A stretch of DNA of 64,000 nucleotides from Octopus bimaculoides. Taxonomy: Eukaryota. Shown in pieces: positions 12,118-23,719 of this stretch; positions within the stretch are counted from its first letter, which is position 1, and each line of letters starts with the position of its first letter. A model generated the notes under the pieces. It searched no databases. It was not told where the DNA came from and saw only the letters and a list, made by a program, of their open reading frames with translations. Both the position numbers and the translations under genes were made by a program. Location: positions 50,143,652-50,207,651 of the forward strand of contig NC_068992.1 of the NCBI RefSeq assembly GCF_001194135.2, read 5' to 3'.

Positions 12118-12324
12118 AATGTTTCCCCTACTGCCAACATAGACATGAGAGCAACCATTGCCACTGAGATACTAAGACAAAGGACATAACTGTGTGGGCC
12201 TCAGTCTGCCCAGCTAACACCAGCTGTTCTACACTCCTACAAATTAAGAAACCAGCAATATATGACAACCATTTCAGGTTCTTTGGACATTTGCCCAGCA
12301 AAGAAGAAACACCCAGCTGTTTAA

Positions 12325-12542
12325 CCCTTTAGTGATCAGATTAACTCGTCAAATATAATATTTGTTTATTTATATTGCTTTGAAATAATCAGGCTTATCT
12401 TGTAGTTAGGAGTTTTGCTGATGTGACTGTCATGTGTTAGAATGACATTGCAGAGTTGAGGTGAGAAGCCGGATCTTCTCAGTTTCAACTTCAAACGGGT
12501 TAAATATTTTGGCCGGATATGGCTGGTTTGAATGCCAAAGGG
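12325..12542. mobile_element. piggyBac-like MITE
   Basis: ttaa|ccctttag ... ccaaaggg|ttaa: CCC/GGG termini with TTAA on both sides (12321-12324, 12543-12546). Confidence 0.75.
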
Positions 12543-13098
12543 TTAATTATAGAAACAAACAATGGAAGTATTCAAATGAAGAGGAGAACAGTTATTTTTA
12601 AGGATGTGATGAAATGTGCAAGACTTTCTGGTGCCAAGCTGGACCAAAGTACTTCTGATAAAAGGCTCCAAAAGCATGATGGTATAGAAATGAGACATCA
12701 GTGTTTCCATCCAAACAGGATATTAAGAGTTGCAACCGAGAACTGAAACTGAGGTTTATTGAATACATAAGCCAAGTATTGAAGGACAAAGCAGAAGAGA
12801 GGAACACAAAGAAAATGAAGTATCTTGTACAAGGACATGATTAAATACATGCAATAGGATGTAATCAATAGGTGACACTTGTGACATGAATCAAATATCA
12901 GATTTTCCATGACAAATAAATATTTTCAAAATGTAAATACATGTTTAAGGACGTAGAATATTGGTGTGGAGGGCGTTGAATGTAAGAGGTATAAAACCTG
13001 AATCATATACATATATGTATGCGTGACTATGTGTGCATTGGTGTACATAAAGGAACTTCTCTATATAGAGTTTTTTTTAAATATGAAAGTTATGATAT

Positions 13099-13275
13099 AT
13101 GGTGTGTGTGTATGCAGCGCCTTCTCCTTCCCAAACCAACCCCTTCTATCCCTTGTCCACAATGTCCCCGTATATTTCATGCAAGCCTTGGATTGCGGAG
13201 CCATCTGCGGTTCAAACACCCAGGAAAATTAACTGGATTGCAAGCTCGGAAACACGAGACGCAGCCAACAACAAC
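13099..13275 (+). mobile_element. RTE-clade LINE extreme 3' end with C2H2 zinc finger
   Basis: QRLLLPKPTPSIPCPQCPRIFHASLGLRSHLRFKH is a typical RTE C-terminal CxxC...HxxxH finger. It is followed by a gcagcc(aac)n tail. Confidence 0.7.
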
Positions 13276-13391
13276 AGTACCAGACAACTACTACAGCCAG
13301 CAAAATACCAAAATCAATACCCCAAATTCCAAGATCAATAACAGAAAGATAATGAACTACAGAACCCTTCAAAAGTTATATAGTACTGACC

Positions 13392-13427
<36 letters not shown>

Positions 13428-13601
13428 ATGTGTGTATACACACACACACACACACTACTTCAAATAAGTCAGAAAAAAGCAGAAATAATCAATTAACTGC
13501 GCATAGAATCAAGTTAACAATTTTCTAAGTTTCAAAAATAATCTCAGTGCTCATTTCCTCACCCCACAACAACCACCACCACTACCCCACCCTAGCCACC
13601 A

Positions 13602-13642
<41 letters not shown>

Positions 13643-13834
13643 AACAACAAGTCCAGCACTTTTGTTTATTCTTACTGTTCCAAAATGAATTTTGAAGTAT
13701 TGGCAATTTGAAATCAGTTTCTAGTAGTATGCACATCACTAATTATATATTTATATATATACTTCATATATATATATTTGGTTGTGTGTATATGAATACA
13801 CACAGAGTTATATATTAGTCTGTATAAATGTGTA

Positions 13835-13868
<34 letters not shown>

Positions 13869-14247
13869 AATGAATGTATGTATATGCATGTATGTGATTG
13901 TACATATGTACATATGCATGTGCACATGTATACAAATATGTGTACACATGTGAGTGTGCGTGTGTATGTTCAGTTAAGATCACTTTGCTAAAGTGACTGC
14001 TTCCATTCTTGGAGAGGATGTTAGCTATTGCTCTTTGTTTTCAAGAATATCAATTATACGAAAGAACTTCAGAAATGGTCTAATTTGATTTGAAAACATT
14101 ATTGTCGATGGAACATATCTCTAAGTACCTGAATTCCTCAAGACTCTAGCTACACTGGTGTAAGTGTGTTTGAGTACGGTTTTCTATATGTGCACATACA
14201 CACAATTTTGTTGTCATAAACTATGACAGGCAACTTGACAGTTTAGT

Positions 14248-14455
14248 CTTTTACTCTTTTACTTGTTTCAGTCATTTGACTGCAGCCATGCTGGAGCACT
14301 GCCTTTAGTCAAGCAAATCAACCGCAGGACTTATTCTTTGTAAGCCTAGTACTTATTCTATCGGTCTCTTTTACCGAACCGCTAAGTTACGGGTACGTAA
14401 ACACACCAGCATCGGTGTTCAAGCGATGGTGGGGGGACAAAAACACACACACACA
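14248..14455 (-). mobile_element. SINE family B, 3' half
   Basis: cttttactcttttacttgtttcagtcatttgactg...gtaaacacaccagcatcgg, inverted relative to 14668-15076. Confidence 0.85.
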
Positions 14456-14658
14456 AATGAGTGGACAAATGAAAGAAAGGACACTCAACACATTTATTGA
14501 GAGCTACATGTATTGTTCAAAACAGATTCTACTACTTTAAGTTTCAAATCCCCTAACGGGGGGCCTTTCGGATTTCCACTGACCTGAGGAAAGGCCCCTG
14601 TTAGGGGATTTGAAACTTAAAGCAGCACAGAGTCTGAAGCAAACTGTTTTGAACAATA
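14456..14658. mobile_element. Fold-back Penelope-like pLTR remnant with hammerhead-like core
   Basis: 14536-14569 pairs with 14589-14621 (33 bp, one mismatch and one indel), and 14511-14525 pairs with 14644-14658. The plus arm reads CTGAGGA-stem-GAAA-cttaaa-GCA-gcac. The minus arm extends to an AATAAA. Confidence 0.6.
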
Positions 14659-14667
14659 TATATATAT

Positions 14668-15076
14668 AGGTGCAGGAGTGGCTGTGTAGTAAGTATCTTG
14701 TTTACCAACAACAAGGTTCCGGGTTCAGTCCCACTGCGTGACACTTTGGGGAAGTATCTTCTACTATAGCCTTGGGCCGACCAAAGCCTTGTGAGTGGAT
14801 TTAGTAGACCGAAACTGAAAGAAGCCCGTCGTATATATATATATATATACACACATGTATGTGTGTTTGTGTGTCTGTGTTTGTCCCCCCACCATCGCTT
14901 GACAACTGATGCTGGTGTGTTTACGTGCCCGTAACTTAGCAGTTCGGCAAAACAGACCGATAGAATAAGTATTAGGCTTCCAAAGGATAAGTCCTGGGGT
15001 TGATTTGCTCGACTAAAGGCAGTGCTCCAGCATGGCTGCAGTCAAATGACTGAAACAAGTAAAAGAGTAAAGAGAG
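14668..15076 (+). mobile_element. SINE family B, full length
   Basis: A and B boxes, internal (TA)n/(TG)n, and an aagtaaaagagtaaagag tail. Confidence 0.9.
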
Positions 15077-15237
15077 TATATATATATACANNNNNNNNNN
15101 NNNNNNNNNNNNNNNNNNNNNNNNNNNNNNNNNNNNNNNNNNNNNNNNNNNNNNNNNNNNNNNNNNNNNNNNNNNNNNNNNNNNNNNNNNNNNNNNNNNN
15201 NNNNNNNNNNNNNNNNNNNNNNNNNNNNNNNNNNNNT

Positions 15238-16095
15238 TATGATAGGTAAATTGTTACCATTTTATATATTTTCAATTTCATGCATGTGCATTGTTTGTTT
15301 TTGAGCTTGTCAACTACAAAGTATAACGTATATGTATTTGGGTATCGTCTGTGAGAAAAACAGCACCTTGACGCAATTCACTCTGCCAGAAATTTGGAAA
15401 CAACATGCTGTATTGCTTGGCATTCATGCCGGAAGCTCCAATACGAACATTTCAGAATGTTTGGACGTCAATCTGAGGACATGCAAAAATCAAACATCCA
15501 GTCAGCACCATGGTGTTTGAAGTGATCACTAGTGATGGCGACGTTATGTCTCCATTCATCTTCCCAAGCAGCCTCAGATTCATTACGAAAGATTACATCA
15601 AGTGCTTGGAGGAGGTAGTGCTGGCCTAGGTCAAGAGGGTGGCTGCTGGAAGACCCTATGTCTGGCAACAGGACTCTGCACCATGCCACACAAGCAGGAG
15701 AACCCAGTCATGGCTTTCAGACAATTTCTACGACCACATCACCCCTAACATCTGGCCACCTAACTCCCCAGACTGCAACCCCTTGATTTATTATGTGTGG
15801 GGCACAGTTGAGCAAGAGACCAACAAAACTCCCTGTAATACCAAAGATGAACTGAAGGCAAGGATTATAGCAGCATTCACCAACTTGAGCAAGCAGACCG
15901 TCCAGAAGAGTTGCAGGAGATTCCAAAGTTGTCCAGAGGCTGTGGTTGATGCTAAAGGCAATTTTATTGAATAATTACTCTTTAGTATTTTAAGATATTT
16001 TTATGTAATTTCAGTAAATATATCTGTTAAAAGGAGATGTCAGTGTTATTTTCATTTTTGTGTAATTTAGACACCAATTTATTCACCACACCCTG
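15238..16095 (+). mobile_element. Internally deleted Tc1/mariner element, DD37D (maT) type
   Basis: Translates as KIKHPVSTMVFEVITSDGDV...YVWQQDSAPCH...WPPNSPDCNPL(I)YYVWG...FQSCPEAVVDAKG, with 37 residues between the QQD aspartate and the third-D position. The right TIR ends caccctg|ta. Confidence 0.85.
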
Positions 16096-18039
16096 TATAT
16101 ATATACATACACACATCTTTATATATATATTTGTGTGTAAATCTCTATTTTTAGATCAGTTATATCACTTCTCTGCATGCCATATGAGACAACAAAAAGG
16201 TTTGATGACAGGAAGGGCAGTCAATTTTAAAGCCCTTCAGAATAGTCATCCGATCCACACCAGCAAAGAAAAACAAACGTAAAACAAATGATGATGATGA
16301 GGATTTGTAGTGCATGCGTGTATTTATAAATGTGTGTGTGTGTGTGTGTGTATAATGGGATATAAGGACAAAAAGAACCTTTTCTCCTAAACCAATCAAT
16401 GAGATAGATAGACAGAAGGGTGGTTTGGGAGAGGGAGAAAGAATAAGATCTCTTTTAGAAACGATTCTAAAAATGATACAAATATCATTTATCATCATTT
16501 TTACAGACACATTTTCCATGTAAGCATGGGTTAGATGAGTGTTCTCTCGCACAGCATCTTGCTACTTGTTGCATGCAGCCTTTTGTCTCCTTCATGAATT
16601 TCAATCTCCTGAGATCAGCTTTTACTATTTATCCTACAAATATGTATGAATGCACATATCTGCACACATTTCATATACTCTTGCCTATCTTTCTCTCACA
16701 CACACACGCGCGCAAGCAAGCAAGCAAAGCAGCAGTTCAGAGTAAAAATATGGTTGCTCCCTAGAGGGAACTGCAATTATGTTATTCATTAAAGTTGATC
16801 AGAATGAGTAAAGAGACAGCCAGCCCAGCACGTAATTATGTCTGGTTTGCTAATACAAAAGAGAAATACAAGCAAAACTAACCTAAGCACAAGTGAATCG
16901 TTAATAAAAAATTAAGACAAAGAAAAAAAAAAAAATAAAGAATGTTAAGGAAAAAAAAATCAATAAGGATTCCACGATAAAAGGAAGGAAGGAACAGAGC
17001 AGAATCTCAGAGGGGCACAAGTAAGTAACGAGATCAGATATAGGAATGAGATCAATAATTTTTTTTTTCTTTCCAAAAAGCAAAGAATGGAGTGCAAAGA
17101 AATCAATAGGAATTTCTGTAATATGAGATAGAAAGCCTACCAAATTTATAGTTGTGGTGCAGTGTAATGGTGCCAAATAGACTGTTAACAATCTAAGAGT
17201 AACAAAAGTGGAATGAATAGAGAACTTAACAAAATAATTGTGATAGAAATACATGAATAAAATGAAATTTCTTTTTTCTATAGTTAATGTCTCCTAAGTC
17301 AAACTTGGGACTCAGCAGAATTTAACAAAATAATTATGATAAAATTGCATAAATTAAATAAAATAAAAATTGTTCCATAGATGTCTCTTAAATCAGCAAT
17401 TCCCAAATTGTTTTTTGGCATGAAACTATACAAATTTTCCAAAATATTGCAGAATCCATCTCAGTATTTTACAGACAACTCACACTGTCCTTATTTCATT
17501 AAGACAGACAACCTAAATTGTCTCAGATACAGAATTTATTTATCTATTTATTTAGAGAGAGAGAGAGAGAGATAGAGAGAGTGAGTGAGAGAGAGAGAGA
17601 CGAGAGAAAGAAACATAACATATTTTGAAAAACATGGAAATTATTTAAGTTTTATAAAAAGACGCCTTGTATCATGGAACTTCAAGAAATTGTTTCACAA
17701 AACCCATTTGAGAAATGGTGCCTCAACCCTAAGCCATTTAGATTCTGCCATCAAATGTAATGCTTATTCATTCACATTGTTTTGAATTAATCATGCATTG
17801 TCTCATAGATTTTGAGATTTCGATGTGATTATTTTTACAATGACATTGTAGGGTAGGTTGAGAGACCAGATCTGGCCAGTTTGTTTGAATTAATCATGCA
17901 TTATCTCATAAATTTTGAGATTTCAGTGATGTGATTGTTTATTTTTACAATGACATTGTCGGAACTGAAATTAATTCCCAGATGCTCAAAGTGTCACCAT
18001 TCTGGGAAGTAACCATTGGTCTTACAATAGTCACCGAGA

Positions 18040-18270
18040 GAGGAATCATGGGAGAGGTCAAACAGTCATAGCAGTGGTCAAAGAATGGTCATGAGAGGGG
18101 TCAGTGGTCATAGGAGATGTCAAACAATGGCCACTGAAGGAGGTTAAACAACAATCATAGCAAAGGTCAAATAATGGCCACTGGGGTAGGTCAAACCATA
18201 GTTATAGGAGAAGCCAAAGCAAGAGTTAGTGAGATAGCTCAAAGGGAGAGGTCAAATAATTCTCATTGGA
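18040..18270. repeat. Degenerate tandem repeat (about 22-bp period) rich in RGGTCA
   Basis: Units such as ggagaggtcaaacagtcata, gcaaaggtcaaataatggccact and ggggtaggtcaaaccatagttata. Confidence 0.6.
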
Positions 18271-19308
18271 GCTACCCCCAACTCTGCTCTGACTTTGTCT
18301 GTCTTAGAATTGGCATGGTGTTACATTAATGCAACTCAAATATTGCTCTACTACACAAATCACCATTTATCCCTGTTAACTGGATCCAGAAGACCCTGAT
18401 TCTATCCACAAGTAAGTAAATGGTACAAGGTGGAATCTGAACTTAAATCTCAAAGAACCAAAAGAGACACAGTAAGGCATCTCATTTAATGCTACAACGT
18501 TTCTGCCATTCCTCCACTCCGGACTGCTACTTTATCAAGCTTGAAAGAACAAGGACAAAAGGTAAGGTTGTTCTTGGCAGAATTTGAACTCTGCACACAA
18601 AGAACTGAAACAAAGGCATTCCATTTGAAGTTCTAGTAACTTCTGCAATATGTTGCTCAACTGATAAACAACTCATAAACAAAAGAAAAAAAGATCACAT
18701 AAAAAAGCCCTTACTGTAGATTAACATATAAGAAATGTATTCTTCTAGAGTTCTTTGACCAATTTATAAGGCGGAGATTTAAGAGAACTGAGTGAAACAA
18801 TAATTCTAAAAATGGTAAACCAATAGAAATGGATCAGTAACTATTATGTCATCATTGCTAAAATATTAATATTAAACACTAACAAATGATGATGACACCA
18901 TTAGCAGTGTCTGTATTGGATAAAAAAAATCCTTGAAGCTCTGCAAATGAAATCTAAAATGCTGTAGTAGACTAGACTGCTAAGTGCAATACCTAGTTAC
19001 CAATTCTATTATATTTTATGGACTGGAGAAGTATATATAAAATTCAATAAGATATAATACTGACAGCTGGATATATTCTTTATGTTCTTGGACAGTAAAA
19101 GATGCGAATCTTCAAACTGTACACTGCCAAACCAAACTGACAGAATATCAAGACAAAACTTTATTGTATTATTCATTTTATGTGATGCAGCTTTCTCCTC
19201 CTCTCAGAACCATATTCAACTTTTCAATTACAAAAAAATGTGCCACAAATCACATATATTTACAATGTATACTCAAAAATACTAAAACATTAGGTATTTG
19301 TATATAAA

Positions 19309-19473
19309 TGTGCAGGAGTGGCTGTGTGGTAAGGAGCTTGCTTACCAACCGCATGGTTCTGGGTTCATTCCCACTGCGTGGCATCTTCGGCAAGTGTCTT
19401 CTACTATAGCCTCTGGCTGACCAAAGCCTTGTGAGTGGATTTGGCAGACGGAAACTGAAAGAAGCCTGTCGTA

Positions 19474-19558
<85 letters not shown>

Positions 19559-19771
19559 ATATGTTTGTGTGTCTGTGTTTGTCCCCCCAACATCGTTTGA
19601 CAACTGATGCTGGTGTGTTTACGTTCCCGTAACTTAGTGGTTCGGCAAAATAGAGACCGATAGAATAAGTACTAGGCTTACAAAGAATAAGTCCTGGGGT
19701 CGATTTGCTCAACTAAAGGCGGTGCTCCAGCATGGCCGCAGTCAAATAACTGAAACAAGTAAAAGAGTAAA
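19309..19771 (+). mobile_element. SINE family B, full length, expanded internal (TA)n
   Basis: Complete head, body and tail, with a long TA run at about 19480-19545. Confidence 0.9.
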
Positions 19772-19850
19772 TGACAGCTGAAGACAGGGTGGTAATAATT
19801 GGAATGTGTTTGATCAAAAGTTGGAGAGTTGCCTCGGAGTACACAATTAT

Positions 19851-20330
19851 GGAGGCACATGGCTTTGTCAGGCTGTTGGACTCATGAGTGTAAGATTGTG
19901 GTTTCAGTTCCTAGGCCAGGCAATGTGTTGTGTTCTTGAGCAAAACACTTCACTTCATGTAGCTCCAGTCCACTCAGCTGTAGAAATGAATATCACTAGG
20001 GGAGGCACATTGCTTAGTGGTTAGGGTGTTGGATTCACAACTGTGAGATTGTGGTTTTGATCTCTGGACTTGGCAATCCATTGTGTTCTTGAGCAAAACA
20101 CTTCATTTCATATTCCTCCAGTCCACTCAGCTGTAGAAATGAGTAGCCAGGAAAGGGATGGGCTCTGCCAGGCTTTCTTGCCCTAGATACGCTGCATGGC
20201 TGCAATGCTCCAACAACCCTAAAGGGGTTAAGGGACTTGTCAATTGTCAGCACAATAACAACAAAAACAGCAATAACAGAATTTGAATCAATAAACAAGC
20301 TTCAATATGGTCACTCAACCAGCTAGAAAT
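19851..20330 (+). mobile_element. SINE family D with tandemly duplicated head
   Basis: ggaggcacat...cttgagcaaaacactt...ctccagtccactcagctgtagaaatga occurs twice (19851-19990, 20001-20145), followed by a body and an (aac)n-like tail. Confidence 0.7.
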
Positions 20331-20932
20331 AACAGCCAAATTTTACTCAATTGATTCACACTACCACCAGATTAATAATATAGAAAAAAGTTAAAAAAAA
20401 AAAATGGAAGGAGATATTTGATAATTTAGTTATAAATATATAGTTTGCCTGAATAAGAGACAGGATGGCTTCTAGTTGGGCACTAGATCATATACAGGTT
20501 TGCTTAATCCGAACTGACATGACATGAAATAAAACAACTAAAAAACTATGACCACAACACAAAGTTCCCACAGAGCAACAAAAGAGAGAGAGAGAAAGAA
20601 AGGAAAAGAAAGGAACATAATACTGTATAAACAACAGTATAAATACAAGACCAAACGATAAACAAAACACCACACACATTCATACAGTAAACACTATCAG
20701 ATGACTAATATATAAGTCCTTAACACACTTCAAAATAAACAATACAACAGTAATACTCTCTCTCTAAGTAGGTTGTTTAGTAGTAATGTTTCTGTACACA
20801 TACATACACACATATAAACCAGTGCTTTTCTGCCATGGAAGGATAGCAATGCACTTTCATTTCACCAAAATGGAGATGGCACACAAAATGGAAAGAACCG
20901 TTTTTTTTTCTTTTGGTATCTTTGGTATTTAA

Positions 20933-21550
20933 CTCTTCAGCATTCGGATCACTCTGACAAATGTAATGCTTATTATTATCTATTCACTTATTTAATTAAT
21001 CATGCATTATCTCATAGTTTAGCAATTTCATCGTGGAGGCGCAATGCCCAAGTGGTTAGGGCAGCGGACTCGTGGTCATAAGATCGCGGTTTCGATTCCC
21101 AGACCGGGCGTTGTGAGTGTTTATTGAGCGAAAACACCTAAAGCTCCATGAGGCTCGGGCAGAAGATGGTGGCGAACCCTGCTGTACTCTTTCACCACAA
21201 TTTTCTCTCACTTACTTCTTGTTTCTGTTGTGCTTGTAATTCAAAGGGCCAGCCTTGTCACACTGTGTCATGCTGAATCTCCCTGAGAACTACGTTAAGG
21301 GTACACGTGTCTGTGGAGTGCTCTGCCACTTGCACCTTAATTTCATGAGCAGGCTGTTCCGTTGGTCGGATCAACTGGAACCCTCGACGTCGTGAGCGAC
21401 GGAGTGCCAACAACAAGCAATTTCATTGATGTGATTGTTTATTTTTAGAATGACATTGTAGGTTAGTTGAGAGAGGACGGATCTAGCAGTTCTGAATACA
21501 AAACAAGTAGGATATTTGGATCAAATATGGTTGATTTCCATGCTAAAGGG
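20933..21550. mobile_element. piggyBac-like MITE interrupted by a SINE A copy
   Basis: ttaa|ctcttcag ... tgctaaaggg|ttaa. The body is continuous once the SINE and one TSD copy are removed. Confidence 0.7.
21033..21415 (+). mobile_element. SINE family A, full length, nested in MITE
   Basis: 11-bp TSD agcaatttcat at 21021-21031 and 21416-21426. Confidence 0.9.
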
Positions 21551-22064
21551 TTAAATAATACAGCCAATATTTGTTAAGGAGAAGGCAATGAGCTGGCAGA
21601 AATGCTGGCATGCCAAAGAGAGAAAAAAATGTACTGGGATTAATTGTTTCACAAATTGATATATCATTGTCATCATTTTCATTGCTGTTTCAATGTCTAC
21701 TTTTTCGGCTTGCATAGGTCGGATGAAATTTACTGAAGAGAATATTTTTTATTTTTTCTATGGCCAGAGACTGTTCCTGTTGCAAACCTTCACCTGCCTC
21801 TAAGTAAGGTAATATTTCCCCCCACCCCCACCATGGCTGGGCATGATTCCATGGAAGATTGAAAATAAAGAGCCTCATGTGCATTCATTTCACAACTACC
21901 ATGTGATGTCAAAGGAGTCATTAACACACACAGAGTTCCCACCTACCATATCCATTCCCAAGGGTTTGGTCAGCCTGGGGATATAGTAGAAGTTATTTTC
22001 CCAAGGGACTGAATCTGAAACAGTATGATTGGGAAGCAAACTTCTTACCAGATAGTCACACATG

Positions 22065-22112
<48 letters not shown>

Positions 22113-22114
22113 CA

Positions 22115-22460
22115 TATCTCTTTACTCTTTTCAGTCATTTGACTGTAGCCATGCTGGAGCACTGCCTTTTAGTCGAGCAAATCAACCCCAGGACTTATTC
22201 TTTGTAAGCCTACTACTTATTCTATCGGTCTCTTTTGCTGAACTGCTAAGTTACGGGGATGTAAACACACCAGCATCGGTTGTCAAGCGATGTTGGGGGA
22301 CAAACACACATATGTATATACATATATACGACAGGCTTCTTTCAGTTTCCGTCTACCAAATCCACTCACAAGGCTTTGGTTGGTCCAGAGCTATAGTAGA
22401 AGACATGCAGTGGGATTGAAACCGTGACCATGCGGTTGCAAAGCAAACTTCTTACCTAAG
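22115..22460 (-). mobile_element. SINE family B
   Basis: Family B tail to head on the minus strand, with several CpG-to-TpG/CpA changes. Confidence 0.85.
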
Positions 22461-23405
22461 TACATATGTGCAGGCATATGTGCTTAAGAAGTTCACTTCC
22501 CAACCACATGGTCACGGTTTCAATCCCATTGGTTTGTGGTAAAACTAAAGGCTTCTTCTGGTGTAACACTAAAAGAGCAGACGGTACTTTACAGGGGAAG
22601 CAGTGTTTAATAAAACAAAGTAGGGCTGTAACCAAGCTCCTTTTGAAGGCTTCTCTGGTTCATGTCTGCGATGATGGGGTGGGGGATGGTTGGGGAAAAG
22701 ATGACCTGTTCCAAATGTAGATAACAGAATGAAAACTGTACAACACATTCCGGAAGACCAGATGGTGAAGATGGTGATGTTTAAAACCTCAGAAGGGACG
22801 GAAGTAGCAATATGCCAACGCATGTTATTGCCTGTTCTGTACTAGTCTGAGAGTCAATAACCTCAAAAAAATTTTTCAAAAGCTAAACATGTATATATTT
22901 TCAAATAAAATTAATTCATGTGTTCAAGGGTGTGCATTTAAGTATTTATTTATTCATTTATTTAGTTTTTCTTTCATCATACACTATAGACTAAGTTTCT
23001 GGGGTTGCATTTACAGCAAGTTAACCATCCAGAACTAATCTCTATTTAATAATAGTTGATATAGATGTATGTGTGTTGTTTGGTTGGTTTGTTTTGTTGG
23101 TTGACTGACTGATTGATTTCTGTAGTCACACTTAACATTATATATAGAGAAGGAGACAGAGTAAGAGAGAGAGAGAGTTAGCATAACAGGGTGAGTGCAC
23201 ATATGATGTTTGATGGCAGAAAATGAGAAAAGGAATGCTACACACAAACACATAAGAGAGACAGAAACATAGAAGGAGGAAGAGAAGGAGTAAATGACTG
23301 AACAGTTATGGGGGGCGGCAGTTATACAAACGAGAAGTTTGTTATATTTAATTACATTTTAAGGTAACCGATGCTAGCATGGAAAGCGGACGTTAATCGA
23401 CGACA

Positions 23406-23441
<36 letters not shown>

Positions 23442-23719
23442 TACTTTCATAAAGACACTTCTGCAAAAATGCTTTGATATTTGTAAGCGAAGTTTTGAAC
23501 TAAAAATGAATATTTGATACTATGTAACAAATATTAGTTATATTTACATTCCAAAGGGGCCATTGTAACTCTGGATTATAGTGTGACTTATCTGTGAGCT
23601 AACCACAAATACCTACTTTGACGACCTCGAACTAAGGGTGTAACCTATCTACAAGTGTGACTTATCTGCAAGTATATACTGGTGCATAAAATTGTGCACT
23701 CACAATAAATGGTATAAGA

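Noticed and set aside
12550-12900. ORFs 12519-12746 and neighbours as a gene exon
   Set aside because: No splice context. Fragments such as ELKLRFIEYI and RTKQKRG look like a very decayed RTE 3' end, but the match is too weak to list as a feature.
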